Notes: generated by a model from the letters alone, not told the origin. A DNA stretch of 64,000 nt from Candidatus Poribacteria bacterium (GCA_965242965.1 OZ251518.1:320001-384000); one strand, 5' to 3'. Positions 1-10,080 are shown, counted from the first letter of the stretch. Numbers and translations are program-made.

Positions 1-1012
1 TTTTCTGCCGAGAGAAATAGTAGGTTATGAACGTCTTTTTGAGTCCCGTTTCCGCTAGTTTCTTGGAAAAAGGAGCCGGATTCAATCCCAATATATCCAA
101 TAACGGCCGTGGACCGGCATCTGCTTTGACAATCAACTGCATCGCCCAGATTAGCTCAAGGATTTGCGGTGAATGCGTGGAGACGATGACTTTGTAGCCG
201 CGCTTCAGGAGCTCAAGAAAAATAAGCAGCAGTGCTGAAACGGCTTTCGGGTGCAGTCCCATCTCCGGTTCTTCAATGATAACCCAGTCAAGACCGGTTT
301 TCTTCTTCGCGCCACCGGAAGGCATTAACCAATAAAGCCCCATCAGCAGTGGCGTAAATTCGCGTTGGCCGGCAGACCAGGCCATGAAAGGCAGGCGGTT
401 GTCTGCAACATCCAAGACAATGCGTCGACGCGGCCCGGATTTGTCCAATCTGACTTGCGCCTCTGCAAAGATGCTTTTGCTGATTGCATCCCGAATGGTT
501 TTGTTCATGCGGCCCTCTTGTGGAAAGATGGCACTTTCACCTGAGCCCAATCCTGTTTCCATCAAGAGCCGCAATTGCTCACTGAACCGCTTGACGACAT
601 ACGGATCTCCGAAAGCGTAGTCTGTAAACGGGCGAGGCCATCCATCTTTAAGCGTGATGGCCCGGTGCGCGGGAATCAGGAATAGCGATTCCTTTTTTTT
701 CCCGGCTTTTCTCAACAACGTTTCGTCTAGGGAAAACTCCGCGTTATCCACAGCAATTTGAGTCGCGCTGTTCCAGATGCCCTCCATCCCTTCACCGAAG
801 TAAAGAGGTAGAAATGCCTCGGGCTCTTTCCTCCAATCAAACCCATGCGTTTTGAGGGTGCGGGTGATGTCGCTAGTGTCTAAAATTAATTTCACGAGTT
901 GGAGCAGGATGCTTTTCCCACTCGCTTGCTCGCCGACAAATACCGTTAAATCTCCAAAGGAGATATCGGCTTCCGGAATTTGTCCGAGTGAAGTTAGATG
1001 AATACGTTTCAT
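1..1012 (-). CDS. ABC-type/AAA_21-like ATPase, paralogue 1 (3' end runs off window)
   Basis: Not in the ORF track because it is truncated by the window edge. ATG at 1012 gives MKRIHLTSLGQIPEADISFGDLTVFVGEQASGKS (Walker A), signature WSAGQ, Walker B/D-loop IIEEPEMGLHP; near-identical 5' end to 1582..2733. Confidence 0.85.
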   Translation of the reverse strand, partial: MKRIHLTSLGQIPEADISFGDLTVFVGEQASGKSILLQLVKLILDTSDITRTLKTHGFDWRKEPEAFLPLYFGEGMEGIWNSATQIAVDNAEFSLDETLLRKAGKKKESLFLIPAHRAITLKDGWPRPFTDYAFGDPYVVKRFSEQLRLLMETGLGSGESAIFPQEGRMNKTIRDAISKSIFAEAQVRLDKSGPRRRIVLDVADNRLPFMAWSAGQREFTPLLMGLYWLMPSGGAKKKTGLDWVIIEEPEMGLHPKAVSALLLIFLELLKRGYKVIVSTHSPQILELIWAMQLIVKADAGPRPLLDILGLNPAPFSKKLAETGLKKTFITYYFSRQK

Positions 1013-1049
1013 AGTTTGCTCTTGCTATGTCCAGCTGGTTTGGGAAATT

Positions 1050-1077
1050 ATTCTAACAAATTTCCGGAATTTGTCAA
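1050..1077 (-). promoter_or_regulatory. sigma70-like promoter with an overlapping palindrome
   Basis: TTGACA-16 nt-TAGAAT upstream of the ATPase ATG; ACAAATT-TCCGG-AATTTGT palindrome overlaps the spacer. Confidence 0.55.
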
Positions 1078-1126
1078 GGAAAATAAAATTCCCATGGCAG
1101 AACGATTTCTGGGGCGCGGCCGCTGT

Positions 1127-1585
1127 TTACGACACAGCATCGACATTCAAGACAGAATCTGGCCCCAAGATTCGACTTTTCGCCAATCTCCTGCGATATT
1201 TGTGGTCTGTCACAAATGCTCTCGCAATTTTACCTGTGGAAACCCAGTGATAACTACTCCGCCGCTCTAAATCTTCCAGCGGTTTTGAGGCACGTTTACG
1301 CCACTGCTTTAACCACGCTAATTTCGCGAGAACGTTTTCCACCTCGCTCGTGCGTCCCTGATGAACTTCAACATAGTAAACCAGGGCTTTGTAGCCGAAT
1401 ACATAATCCCAACGAGGGGCATTCGGATACTCCCTAGCGAGACATGTGTCAATGTCAACACTTCCGGACAATTCGCGCGTTGCGTTCACTTTGACTTTAT
1501 TGCTATTTGGACCCAACGCTTGTAATCCCGGTTTGAGACACTCGGCAATGTCAGGCGTGTTCCGAACCGCGTCGGCAAAACTCAC
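1127..1585 (-). CDS. Small hypothetical partner of the ATPase, possibly PD-(D/E)XK-like nuclease
   Basis: 152 aa ORF overlapping the upstream ATPase stop by 4 nt; motif DID...RWDY...YVEVH resembles a restriction-endonuclease fold (inference). Confidence 0.65.
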   Translation of the reverse strand: MSFADAVRNTPDIAECLKPGLQALGPNSNKVKVNATRELSGSVDIDTCLAREYPNAPRWDYVFGYKALVYYVEVHQGRTSEVENVLAKLAWLKQWRKRASKPLEDLERRSSYHWVSTGKIARAFVTDHKYRRRLAKSRILGPDSVLNVDAVS

Positions 1586-2733
1586 AACTCCCCCTCCTTT
1601 ATTGCCTGCGTGATTGTCTCAAACACTCTTGAACTGTAAAGCGTCAACCCACCCCAATCCGATACCGCCTCGTCTGCATTGTCCGGATCGAGGGTTGAAA
1701 TATCCTTGACAGTCACACCTTCGTCTGTCGGGGAGAAATAGTAGGTTTTGAAGGTCTTCTCAAATACCGTCTCCGCCAACTTCTTGGAGCCAGCATCGGA
1801 TTTTAACTGCAGCAATTCTAACAGCCATTTTGGTCCCGCACTTCCTTCGGCAAGGAATTGGATGGCCCATATCAATTCCACGATTTGTGAGGCATGCGTA
1901 GAGATGACAACTCGGTAGCCGCGCTTCAAGAGTTCTAAAAGCATCAGGAGCAGTGCCGAAACGGCTTTCGGGTGCAATCCTGCTTCCGGTTCTTCGATGA
2001 CAACCCACTTGCGCTGATTTTTGTTCGCCGTGTCTTTCGCAGGCATTAAGGAATAAAGCCCCAGCAACAGCGGCGTAAACTCGCGCTGCCCCGCATCCCA
2101 GGTCAGAAACGGCAAGCAATTGCCCGCAACATCCAGAACGACGCGTTTCCGCGGACCAGCCCACTCCACTTTGACCTGGGCCTTTCCAAAGACGCTTTCT
2201 CCGACAACATGCCGGAGGGTTTTGTTCAGAAAACGCGCCTGTGGAAAGATGAGCCCATCGCCTTGGCAGAAATCCATGTCCAGCAGGTGCCGCAATTGTT
2301 CACTGAATTGCTTCACGGCGTAAGGCGCGCCGTTCGCATAATCGGTGAAGCTGCGCGGCCAGCCATCTTTGAACGTGACACCTCGCTGCGCGGGAATCAT
2401 GCAGACTGACTCGGCTTTCCTCCGGCTTTTTCTCGCGCAAACTTTCGGCAGCGAAAACTCTTGGGTATCAACGGCAATCTGCGTCGCGTTTGACCAGGTG
2501 TTCTCCATCCCCTCACCGAAATAGAGGGATAAGAACGCCGCGGGGTTTTCGTGCCACTCAAACCCGTGCGTTTTGAGGGTGCGGGTAATAGGTTCTGCGT
2601 CTAAAATTAACTTCACGAGTTGGAGCAGGATGCTTTTCCCGCTCGCTTGCTCGCCGACAAATACCGTTAAATCTCCAAAGGAGATATCGGCTTCCGGAAT
2701 TTGTCCGAGTGAAGTCAGATGAATCCGTTCCAT
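1582..2733 (-). CDS. ABC-type/AAA_21-like ATPase, paralogue 2
   Basis: Start reassigned to ATG 2733 (AGGAGGA RBS, matches paralogue 1); GEQASGKS, WDAGQ, VIEEPEAGLHP, ISTH motifs. Confidence 0.88.
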   Translation of the reverse strand: MERIHLTSLGQIPEADISFGDLTVFVGEQASGKSILLQLVKLILDAEPITRTLKTHGFEWHENPAAFLSLYFGEGMENTWSNATQIAVDTQEFSLPKVCARKSRRKAESVCMIPAQRGVTFKDGWPRSFTDYANGAPYAVKQFSEQLRHLLDMDFCQGDGLIFPQARFLNKTLRHVVGESVFGKAQVKVEWAGPRKRVVLDVAGNCLPFLTWDAGQREFTPLLLGLYSLMPAKDTANKNQRKWVVIEEPEAGLHPKAVSALLLMLLELLKRGYRVVISTHASQIVELIWAIQFLAEGSAGPKWLLELLQLKSDAGSKKLAETVFEKTFKTYYFSPTDEGVTVKDISTLDPDNADEAVSDWGGLTLYSSRVFETITQAIKEGEL

Positions 2734-2744
2734 CAGTTCTCCTC

Positions 2745-2970
2745 CTATTTTTTCCCTATAGGCTCGCTCGGCAAGCGCAGCGTCGGGTGGATGTTTTCGC
2801 CGCACCGCGGACAGCGTGTCCGACCTTGCGTATGCAGAAATGACGGAATTTTCACATGAAAATTCTGTCCGGCAGTTCCGGCACCAGCACACCTCGTTAG
2901 CGAGTGCCGACTTAACGCCGAACCGCCGTTTCAATTCAAGCACAATGGCGTAAGCATCCACAGGACGCAC
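2745..2970 (-). pseudogene. Frameshifted small zinc-ribbon protein (CxxC...CxxC)
   Basis: CRNCRTEF in one frame continues as HVKIPSFLHTQGRTRCPRCGENI in the next frame if one T of the TTTT run (2859-2862) is removed. Confidence 0.5.
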
Positions 2971-3017
2971 GCCCCTTCAGCTAGCCCTTCCAGTTGCGCG
3001 TGTCATCTCGCGGAGTT

Positions 3018-3233
3018 TCATAAGCCGTATTTCTCCTTGAACGCGTCAAGGTGCTCCTGTTGTAAGACGCGGCGGAAGCGGACATCCATGAGCTCGTCGA
3101 TGAGCCGCCGGCTCTCGCGCTCGGTGCGCGCTGTCGCGAGTTGAAGCATGAGCTCGGCATCGCGTGCATCGAGCTCCTGCACCCTTTGTTGCAAATGGTC
3201 CAAGGCGAGTTGTTGGTACAAAGCATCTGTCAT
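3018..3233 (-). CDS. Small helical hypothetical protein (71 aa)
   Basis: ATG 3233 about 10 nt after AGGAG; coiled-coil-like composition. Confidence 0.55.
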   Translation of the reverse strand: MTDALYQQLALDHLQQRVQELDARDAELMLQLATARTERESRRLIDELMDVRFRRVLQQEHLDAFKEKYGL

Positions 3234-3467
3234 GATTCGCATCTCCTGCGGGACTGAAAGTCCCAGTAACGTCCGGCCGCGTTGTCGCGGCCGGTGCCTT
3301 CACTTAGCACGGTTCATATATGAACGTGAACGTGCTGTCTTCCTCTTCTATCAGAATGTGGGAGGCTGTCAAGCGAAACGTTCAGCACGCCTGTAAGGAT
3401 AGATTGCTATATCCATCTGCAGCGCGGGTGAGGGCGGATGTCGTTTATATCCGCCCTCATCTACAGA

Positions 3468-5024
3468 TTAGGCGTAGATATTCTGCATCTGCCACGCATC
3501 CAGCGATTTGAGCTCGCACGCTTGCCCTTGCGAACGCAACGAAACTCCAACGCTTTCTTCCTTGTCTGGATAGACGCGCATCGCAACGCATTGCCGCCCG
3601 TTGGCGAAAACCTCGACGACGCTCTTATCAACGAAAACGCGCAACTTGAGCGTTTCGTTCTGCGCGATAGAAACCGCACCTGTCTCAGGCGCGCGCGAAA
3701 GCACATCAGGCGCGATTGACGAATACGAGGAGTCGATTGTGAGCAGGCTATCCCGAACGCGGTTTGGCGCATCCGGATTGCGCAACCCGCGTTCCCTGAA
3801 AAAGGCGATGCGGGTAAACTCCTCTTTCTGCGGCGAACGCAGGACGTTCAATTCAACCATCGGCGCGGACTTCACGTCAATTTCGACTTCAAGTTCCATC
3901 GCATTACCGTTGATATTCTCAAGCACGACTTCCTCGTTCGCGGGGAGCGTCATCGCATTCACACGCTGATGCGCATAGCGTAACGATTCAATGTCGCCGG
4001 CAGGTTCAACGCCGACTTCGTCCTTGGAGAGGAGCGTCAAGCGGCGCGGCAACGTCATAATCTGATTCCAGCCTTTCGTCGGCTTCGCGGGGTTCATGTT
4101 GTAGATGACGATGAGCCCGCCTTTGCCATCGGGTGTTGCGGAGGGCGCATGCACGCCAGCGGGAGACGCAGCCCCGAAGTTGTTCTTCGCACCCGCTGTC
4201 ACGATGAACTTGTCGCGGGCAGTGTCATAATCACCGAGCAGATATTGTCCACCGCTCATGTGGCTGAAAAAGAGGAGCATGTGCCGGTCACCGATGGGCC
4301 AGAAATAGGGACACGCGCCGTCATCGCCGACTAGCGTATACAGATCATCCTCAACGAACGGATGCAAGTAAACCCAGTTTGCCAAATCCGCGGAACGGAG
4401 GAGGAAGTTGGCTCGGACTCGCTTGCCGCCGGGCCCGTGCGGGAGTGTCCCACCCGACAGCGAGTAATACATGCCGTCTTTTTTCCAGATACAAGGGTCA
4501 AAGACGCGGTAGACAGGCGTTGTGCCATCGGCATGCTTCGCGGGAATAACCGCCTTGCCCGAAACCTTCTCCCAATTCAGTAGGAGCGGGTCGCGGGATA
4601 CCGCCACCATATTACCGACGACGGTGCCGTGATACATCGCGATGACTCTGTCTTCTTCGACGAGCGTTGTGCCGGAGAAACAGCACCGTTCCGGGTTCGG
4701 ATAAATCGCATACGGCAGGTCGCGCCAGTGGACGAGATCATCGCTGATGGCGTGCCCCCAGTGCTGCCTCGGGTCTTCCGGCGGATACGCCTGATAGAAG
4801 AGATGCCACCGGTCCTGCCAAAAGCAGAGCCCGTTCGGGTCATTGAGCGTATGTTCGGGGTTGACGTAGTGGTAAATCGGACGATGCGCATCGCCTTCAA
4901 AAGCCTCGCGCGCCGCGTTCATCCGCTGTAGCAACGGATTCGTTGTGAGTTGTGCCTCCTGCGCCTCCAGCGTCTCCGCGAAGGTATAATGAGGCACTTT
5001 CGAGGTATAGTCTTCAGTCGCCAT
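3468..5024 (-). CDS. Glycoside hydrolase family 32 (beta-fructosidase-like)
   Basis: NDPNG, HWGHA, FSG motifs, C-terminal beta-sandwich (FVDKSVVEVF); AGGAG RBS. Confidence 0.9.
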   Translation of the reverse strand: MATEDYTSKVPHYTFAETLEAQEAQLTTNPLLQRMNAAREAFEGDAHRPIYHYVNPEHTLNDPNGLCFWQDRWHLFYQAYPPEDPRQHWGHAISDDLVHWRDLPYAIYPNPERCCFSGTTLVEEDRVIAMYHGTVVGNMVAVSRDPLLLNWEKVSGKAVIPAKHADGTTPVYRVFDPCIWKKDGMYYSLSGGTLPHGPGGKRVRANFLLRSADLANWVYLHPFVEDDLYTLVGDDGACPYFWPIGDRHMLLFFSHMSGGQYLLGDYDTARDKFIVTAGAKNNFGAASPAGVHAPSATPDGKGGLIVIYNMNPAKPTKGWNQIMTLPRRLTLLSKDEVGVEPAGDIESLRYAHQRVNAMTLPANEEVVLENINGNAMELEVEIDVKSAPMVELNVLRSPQKEEFTRIAFFRERGLRNPDAPNRVRDSLLTIDSSYSSIAPDVLSRAPETGAVSIAQNETLKLRVFVDKSVVEVFANGRQCVAMRVYPDKEESVGVSLRSQGQACELKSLDAWQMQNIYA

Positions 5025-5075
5025 GAAAATTCTCCTGTTGTCAAGTGAAAGTTTGTCTATCCTTCAATGATGGAC

Positions 5076-5104
5076 ATTATAGCATAGAATTCAATGCATG
5101 TCTA
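5076..5104 (-). promoter_or_regulatory. sigma70-like promoter of the GH32 gene
   Basis: TAGACA-17 nt-TATAAT with TG extension. Confidence 0.6.
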
Positions 5105-5149
5105 GGTTTTTCTTGGTGAATCATTATACCGCATTAAACTTCATATTTC

Positions 5150-5720
5150 GATGCGTTCGGTAGGAGAGACCTCCTGGTCTCGATGCATTCCCCGTAGGAG
5201 AGACCTCCCGCGTCTCGATGCATTCTCCCCATAGGAGAGATCTCCCGCGTCTCGATGTTCCCGTAGCGCGGGGGCCTGTCCCCCGCGTTGTCTATCGTCA
5301 AGAGTGGCGTTTTAGGTCCTTAATAAAAAAACGCGCGGCATGTCAAAACCTATTAAGGACCTAAAGGACCTTAGGGTTCTTCGCGGGCGCGCATGCTATA
5401 GACATTAAGGTCCTACGGACCTAAGAACCGTTTTTTATCGTAGTGCGGGGGCCTGTCCCCCGCGAGCGTTGGAGTGCACGTCTGGCAGGCGAGGGCCCTC
5501 GCCCTACGGTGACGTGCCGTTTTTTATCGTAGCGCGGGGGCCTGTCCCCCGCGATCGTTGGGGTGCGTGGACGATGACGAGGGACAGGCCCTCGCCCTAC
5601 GATGAAGGGGGCCTTCTGCCGCCGCGGCCCCGGTAGGCGCGCCGCCCTATTGCATCGAGACCGGGAGGTCTCTCCTACTGGGACATCGCTTATATCAAGA
5701 CCGTGCTCTTAACCTACAGA
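5150..5720. repeat. Mosaic REP-like palindrome cluster
   Basis: Multiple GTAG-led hairpins (GTAGCGCGGGGGCCTGTCCCCCGCG, GTAGGAGAGACCTCC-type) and AAGGTCC/GGACCT units. Confidence 0.85.
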
Positions 5721-5760
5721 AGAAGGAGAACTGAATCGTCCTGCAATGAGAAATTCGCCC

Positions 5761-5789
5761 TTGATTCAAAACCCAAATTCTGATAGAAT
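5761..5789 (+). promoter_or_regulatory. sigma70-like promoter of the sulfatase gene
   Basis: TTGATT-17 nt-TAGAAT with TG extension. Confidence 0.55.
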
Positions 5790-5828
5790 CCCTTCAAAAC
5801 CGATTCTAACAACCTACGGAGAAAAACT

Positions 5829-7115
5829 ATGGCGCAATCCCCGAACATTCTCTTAATTCTCGCCGATGACCACGGTTATGGCGACTTATCCGTGCATAAC
5901 GGGCCTTCTATTGAGACACCGAACCTTGACAGAATTGCCGATGGAGGCATGCGGTTCACTAAGTTTTATGCCAACTCCTCGGTCTGCTCTCCGAGTCGTG
6001 CTTCCCTCATGACAGGCCGTTTTCCCGACAGGGTAGGCGTGCCGGGGGTGATTCGCACGCATGCGCAAAACAACTGGGGCTACTTTCGACAAGATGCAGT
6101 CACGCTCCCTTCAATGCTCAAACAAAAAGATTACGCCACCGCGCTCATCGGCAAGTGGCACCTTGGGCTTGAAACCGAAAACCATCCGTGTCGAAGAGGG
6201 TTTGACCATTTCCACGGCTTCCTCGGCGATATGATGGACGACTACTACACGCACCTCAGGCACGACAACAACTATATGCGCCGCGACTTTGACACTATTG
6301 TTCCGAGAGGGCACGCCACAGAGCTCTTCACAGAATGGAGTGTGGAATTCCTTCGGGCACAAGCGCAGTCATCGTCGCCGTTTTTCCTTTACCTCGCCTA
6401 TAATGCGCCGCACACCCCCATCCAACCTCCGGAAGAGTGGATAGCGCGCGTCCGTGAACGCGAACCGGATATCTCCCCACAGCGAGCGAAATACATCGCG
6501 CTCGTAGAGCACATGGATGCCGGCATCGGCCGCGTGTTGGATACCCTTGAGGAGACTGGACAGTTATCCAATACCCTCGTCATCTACACCTCTGACAACG
6601 GCGGCGATATGAAGGTCGGTGCGCATAACGGCGAACTGCGTGGGCAAAAGGGTGATATGTATGAGGGCGGCATCCGAGTTCCCGCGTGCGCGATGTGGCC
6701 CGGGCATATCCCCGAAGGACATGTCACAGAACAGGAGGCGATGCTCATGGATGTCTTTCCGACAGCATGCGAAGTGGCCGGTGTGCCGCTCACGCATGAG
6801 ATTGAGGGACGTTCTATCTGGCAAACGCTCCAAGGCGAAAAACAGGACTTCTCCGAACGCGTCCTCTATTGGCTGCGCCGAGAGGGGAATCAACGGTTTC
6901 TGGGGCAATGCCAACGTGCTGTCCGCCTCGGCGATATTAAGTTATTGCATAACAGTCCGTTTGAGCCGTTGGAACTCTATAATCTCGCCACCGATGCGCT
7001 AGAGACAACCAACGTCGCGCGGACAGATGCAGAGCTCTTTAGGGAGATGAGTGGGCTGTTTCAGGCGGAGACACAGAAGGCGGGGAGTGTTCCGTGGCAG
7101 CGGGATGCGTCGTAA
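5829..7115 (+). CDS. Sulfatase (formylglycine-dependent, arylsulfatase-like)
   Basis: PNILLILADD, CSPSRASLMTG, GKWHLG, SDNGG, YEGGIRVP motifs. Confidence 0.93.
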   Translation: MAQSPNILLILADDHGYGDLSVHNGPSIETPNLDRIADGGMRFTKFYANSSVCSPSRASLMTGRFPDRVGVPGVIRTHAQNNWGYFRQDAVTLPSMLKQKDYATALIGKWHLGLETENHPCRRGFDHFHGFLGDMMDDYYTHLRHDNNYMRRDFDTIVPRGHATELFTEWSVEFLRAQAQSSSPFFLYLAYNAPHTPIQPPEEWIARVREREPDISPQRAKYIALVEHMDAGIGRVLDTLEETGQLSNTLVIYTSDNGGDMKVGAHNGELRGQKGDMYEGGIRVPACAMWPGHIPEGHVTEQEAMLMDVFPTACEVAGVPLTHEIEGRSIWQTLQGEKQDFSERVLYWLRREGNQRFLGQCQRAVRLGDIKLLHNSPFEPLELYNLATDALETTNVARTDAELFREMSGLFQAETQKAGSVPWQRDAS

Positions 7116-7198
7116 AAATCAACTGGCATTTTTCGCGGAAATAAGGTATCATAATTGGTATGTTTAATTTTTCGCGGGAAGGGAAGGAGGTGGCAATT

Positions 7199-7894
7199 TT
7201 GTGCAAAGAGACCGGAACGGACGAGACAACGCTAGAACCGAAAACGGCAGCGGAGAACGCCGCTGCCGTTGAACCCGCATCGGCACAGCCAGACGCGTTG
7301 GCTGGAATTCATCAAACTTTGGAGGGGCTGCAGGAACTGTTTGATAAGCAGATCTCCCGTAACCAGAACCAGATGAAGATGTTCGACGCGCTCTATCGCG
7401 AAATGAAGGACTATAAAGAGGGCTTCCTGCTGGAGGCACTTCATAAGCCGATTATCAAGGACCTGCTCAGCGTCTATGATAGTTTCGTGTCGCTGGAATC
7501 GCAACTTGATGGGGTGCTGAACGCCGTGAAAAAGATTCGTCCGAAAGCTGTGGCAGAGGAACTCACACAGTTTCGGCAGAATCTGGAGAACGCGCGCTTT
7601 GAATTGGAAGAAGTGCTATATCGCATGGACGTAACCCCTTATGAGGAGCATCCGGAAACGTTGGACCGGCAGTTGCACAAAACGCTTAAGGTGATTTCGG
7701 CGGATACTCCGGAACAGGATTGGCAGGTGGCGGAGGTTCACAAAACCGGGTTTCATTGGCGAGGGAAAGTGTTTCGCCCGGAAGAGGTGACAATTTTCCG
7801 CTATACGCCGCCCATATCGGAGGATGTGGAGAATTCGCAAGGTCCGCTCGCTGGCGGCGCGCCAAAAACTCCGCCCAAGAGAAGTAAAGAATAA
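7199..7894 (+). CDS. GrpE-like nucleotide exchange factor
   Basis: Long coiled coil then LDRQLHK...VAEVHKTGFHWRGKVFRPEEV, typical of the GrpE beta domain; likely TTG start at 7199 after AGGAGG (ORF track starts at 7160). Confidence 0.75.
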   Translation: MCKETGTDETTLEPKTAAENAAAVEPASAQPDALAGIHQTLEGLQELFDKQISRNQNQMKMFDALYREMKDYKEGFLLEALHKPIIKDLLSVYDSFVSLESQLDGVLNAVKKIRPKAVAEELTQFRQNLENARFELEEVLYRMDVTPYEEHPETLDRQLHKTLKVISADTPEQDWQVAEVHKTGFHWRGKVFRPEEVTIFRYTPPISEDVENSQGPLAGGAPKTPPKRSKE

Positions 7895-7943
7895 GTTACT
7901 CGTAGGCCGCTAGTGCCCACTTCCTACATTATAGGAGGCAATT

Positions 7944-8516
7944 ATGCCAAACCAAGATAAACCGTTGGTGTATTTTTTTGGAAAGAGCAATTTCGGCGAT
8001 GACCAGACTGATTTCATAAAAATCGGTCACACTCGCAACGATCTTTCAATCCGACAAGCCGCCCTTCAGACAGGGAACGAGGCCCGTATATGGGAAATGG
8101 GGGTCATTCCTTTCAATACGGTGGACGAGGCGACCCGAGAAGAAGAGCGGATAAAATATATGTTCGGAGCGTTTCGTGCTCAAGGGGAATGGCTCTATGC
8201 TACCCCTCGGATAATACAATATATTGAGGATTATGCAGTGCAGCACACCGCACTGCTCACCGACGATCCGCCACCGCCGGAAAATACAGCTGGCCCTTCA
8301 TTGGGGAAACAGCTTCGTAGTCGCAGGAAAGATGCAGGAATAAAGGTCGCAGACTTAGCTGAGAAAGTGGATTGTACTCCGGGTTACATCTACTTCATTG
8401 AAAATGATTGCGGCAGACCTGGAAAACGCATCCGTAAGGCATTAGTTGACCTATTCGGTGAATTTGACTGCCCTACCCGCGAACAAGGATCAGATACGGA
8501 GGAAGCAAATGGGTAA
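7944..8516 (+). CDS. T5orf172/GIY-YIG-like nuclease domain fused to XRE-type HTH
   Basis: VYFF...FIKIGHT...R..ALQTGN...E...GEWL, then LGKQLRSRRKDAGIKVADLAEKVDCTPGYIYFIEND; AGGAGG RBS. Confidence 0.75.
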   Translation: MPNQDKPLVYFFGKSNFGDDQTDFIKIGHTRNDLSIRQAALQTGNEARIWEMGVIPFNTVDEATREEERIKYMFGAFRAQGEWLYATPRIIQYIEDYAVQHTALLTDDPPPPENTAGPSLGKQLRSRRKDAGIKVADLAEKVDCTPGYIYFIENDCGRPGKRIRKALVDLFGEFDCPTREQGSDTEEANG

Positions 8517-10080
8517 AGTTGTTGGAATCGATCTGGGAACAACCTTCTCAGCAATTGCGCATGTCAATGAACACGGACAACCGGAGATTATCCCGAACGC
8601 CGAAACCGAACGGATTACGCCATCGGTAATTCTGTTTGAGGATGATCTCGTCACCGTTGGAAAAATCGCTAAGCAGAACGCGAGAGCCGTGCCGGAACAG
8701 ATTGTGGAGTTCGTCAAACGCGAAATGGGAAAATCCAAAGAGGAGTTCTTCCGAACTTTTGATGGCAAAGACTACTCCGCTGAAGAGCTCTCCGCGCTCA
8801 TTTTGACGAAACTCAAGCAAGATGCCGAGGCGTATCTCGGTGAAGAAATCACCGATGCTGTCATCACCGTGCCAGCCTATTTCCATGACGCGGAAAGGGA
8901 TGCAACGCGCAACGCTGGCACAATCGCCGGGTTAAACGTTTTGCAAGTGCTAAACGAACCGACAGCGGCCGCGCTCGCCTACGGCATCGATCAACTCGGC
9001 AGTAATCAGAACGTCTTCGTGTTCGACCTCGGCGGTGGCACCTTTGACGTAACCATCATGAAAGTCTCCGAATCGGCAATCCAGATGATTGCGACAAACG
9101 GGGACCACCGGCTTGGCGGCAAAGACTGGGACGACAAAATCATCAGGCATGTTGCGGAAAACTTCGATCTTGAGCACGATGAAAACCCGTTGGCTGACCT
9201 GCACGCATATCAAGACCTCCAACTGAACGCCATTGGTGCGAAAGAGTCTTTATCCCAGCGGCAAAAGGCGCGCATTATCTGTGGATACAACGGTAAAACA
9301 TCTCGTGTGGAATTAACGCGCGAAACGTTTAGCGAACTCACCGCGGACCTCCTTGAAAAATGCCGTTCGCTGTGCGATGTAGTCCTCGCGGAGGCCAAGA
9401 TGACGTGGGACCAGATCGACACAGTGCTATTGGTAGGTGGTTCAACCCGCATGCCGATGGTGCGGGAGATGATCTCCGAGATTAGCGGAAAAGAGATTAA
9501 CCCGATGGAAGTCAATCCCGATGAAGCAGTCGCGATTGGCGCGGCCCTTCAGGGAACCCTCCGACAGATTTCCGAAGAATCTGCTGCAGAACTCCCGGAT
9601 GCGGTTGTCGATCGGTTCATCGGCGCAGATGGCGAGGCAAAAGTCACGGTTACCGATGGAGCCACGCATAATCTGGGACTCGTGATTCTTAACGCGCAAG
9701 AAGACGAAGTTGTTCACGTCATGATTCCCAAAATGACTACCGTCCCTTGCGAGAGGGCAAATCAGTTTGGAACCGTGCGTGCCAACCAAAGTTCGGCGTT
9801 AATCCGAGTCGTGCAGGGACTTGGGCAAGACCAACAAGAAACCGATGGCACCATATTTGAAGAACACAAATTGGGTGAGTGTATCCTTGAACTGCCTTCT
9901 GGTTTGCCGCGAGGGGCCCGCATTGACGTTACCTACAAATACAATCTGGACCAGACGCTTGAGGTGACAGCCCAGGGACCCGACGGCAGAGTTGCAAAGG
10001 CGACGATTGAGCGGCGAACGCTTGACGTGGAGGCAGTTGCACAGGCCGCCAAAAATTTGCAAACGCTGGAAGTTGAGTAG
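8509..10080 (+). CDS. Hsp70-family chaperone (DnaK-like paralogue lacking the C-terminal lid)
   Basis: ATG 8509 after GGAGG; GIDLGTTFS, TVPAYF, NEPTAAALAYG, FDLGGGTFD, LVGGSTRMP, NPDEAVA; 523 aa. Confidence 0.92.
   Translation: MGKVVGIDLGTTFSAIAHVNEHGQPEIIPNAETERITPSVILFEDDLVTVGKIAKQNARAVPEQIVEFVKREMGKSKEEFFRTFDGKDYSAEELSALILTKLKQDAEAYLGEEITDAVITVPAYFHDAERDATRNAGTIAGLNVLQVLNEPTAAALAYGIDQLGSNQNVFVFDLGGGTFDVTIMKVSESAIQMIATNGDHRLGGKDWDDKIIRHVAENFDLEHDENPLADLHAYQDLQLNAIGAKESLSQRQKARIICGYNGKTSRVELTRETFSELTADLLEKCRSLCDVVLAEAKMTWDQIDTVLLVGGSTRMPMVREMISEISGKEINPMEVNPDEAVAIGAALQGTLRQISEESAAELPDAVVDRFIGADGEAKVTVTDGATHNLGLVILNAQEDEVVHVMIPKMTTVPCERANQFGTVRANQSSALIRVVQGLGQDQQETDGTIFEEHKLGECILELPSGLPRGARIDVTYKYNLDQTLEVTAQGPDGRVAKATIERRTLDVEAVAQAAKNLQTLEVE

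Noticed and set aside
8509-10080. Calling this gene dnaK
   Set aside because: It is short, lacks the lid and canonical linker, and has an atypical neighbourhood; treated as a paralogue.
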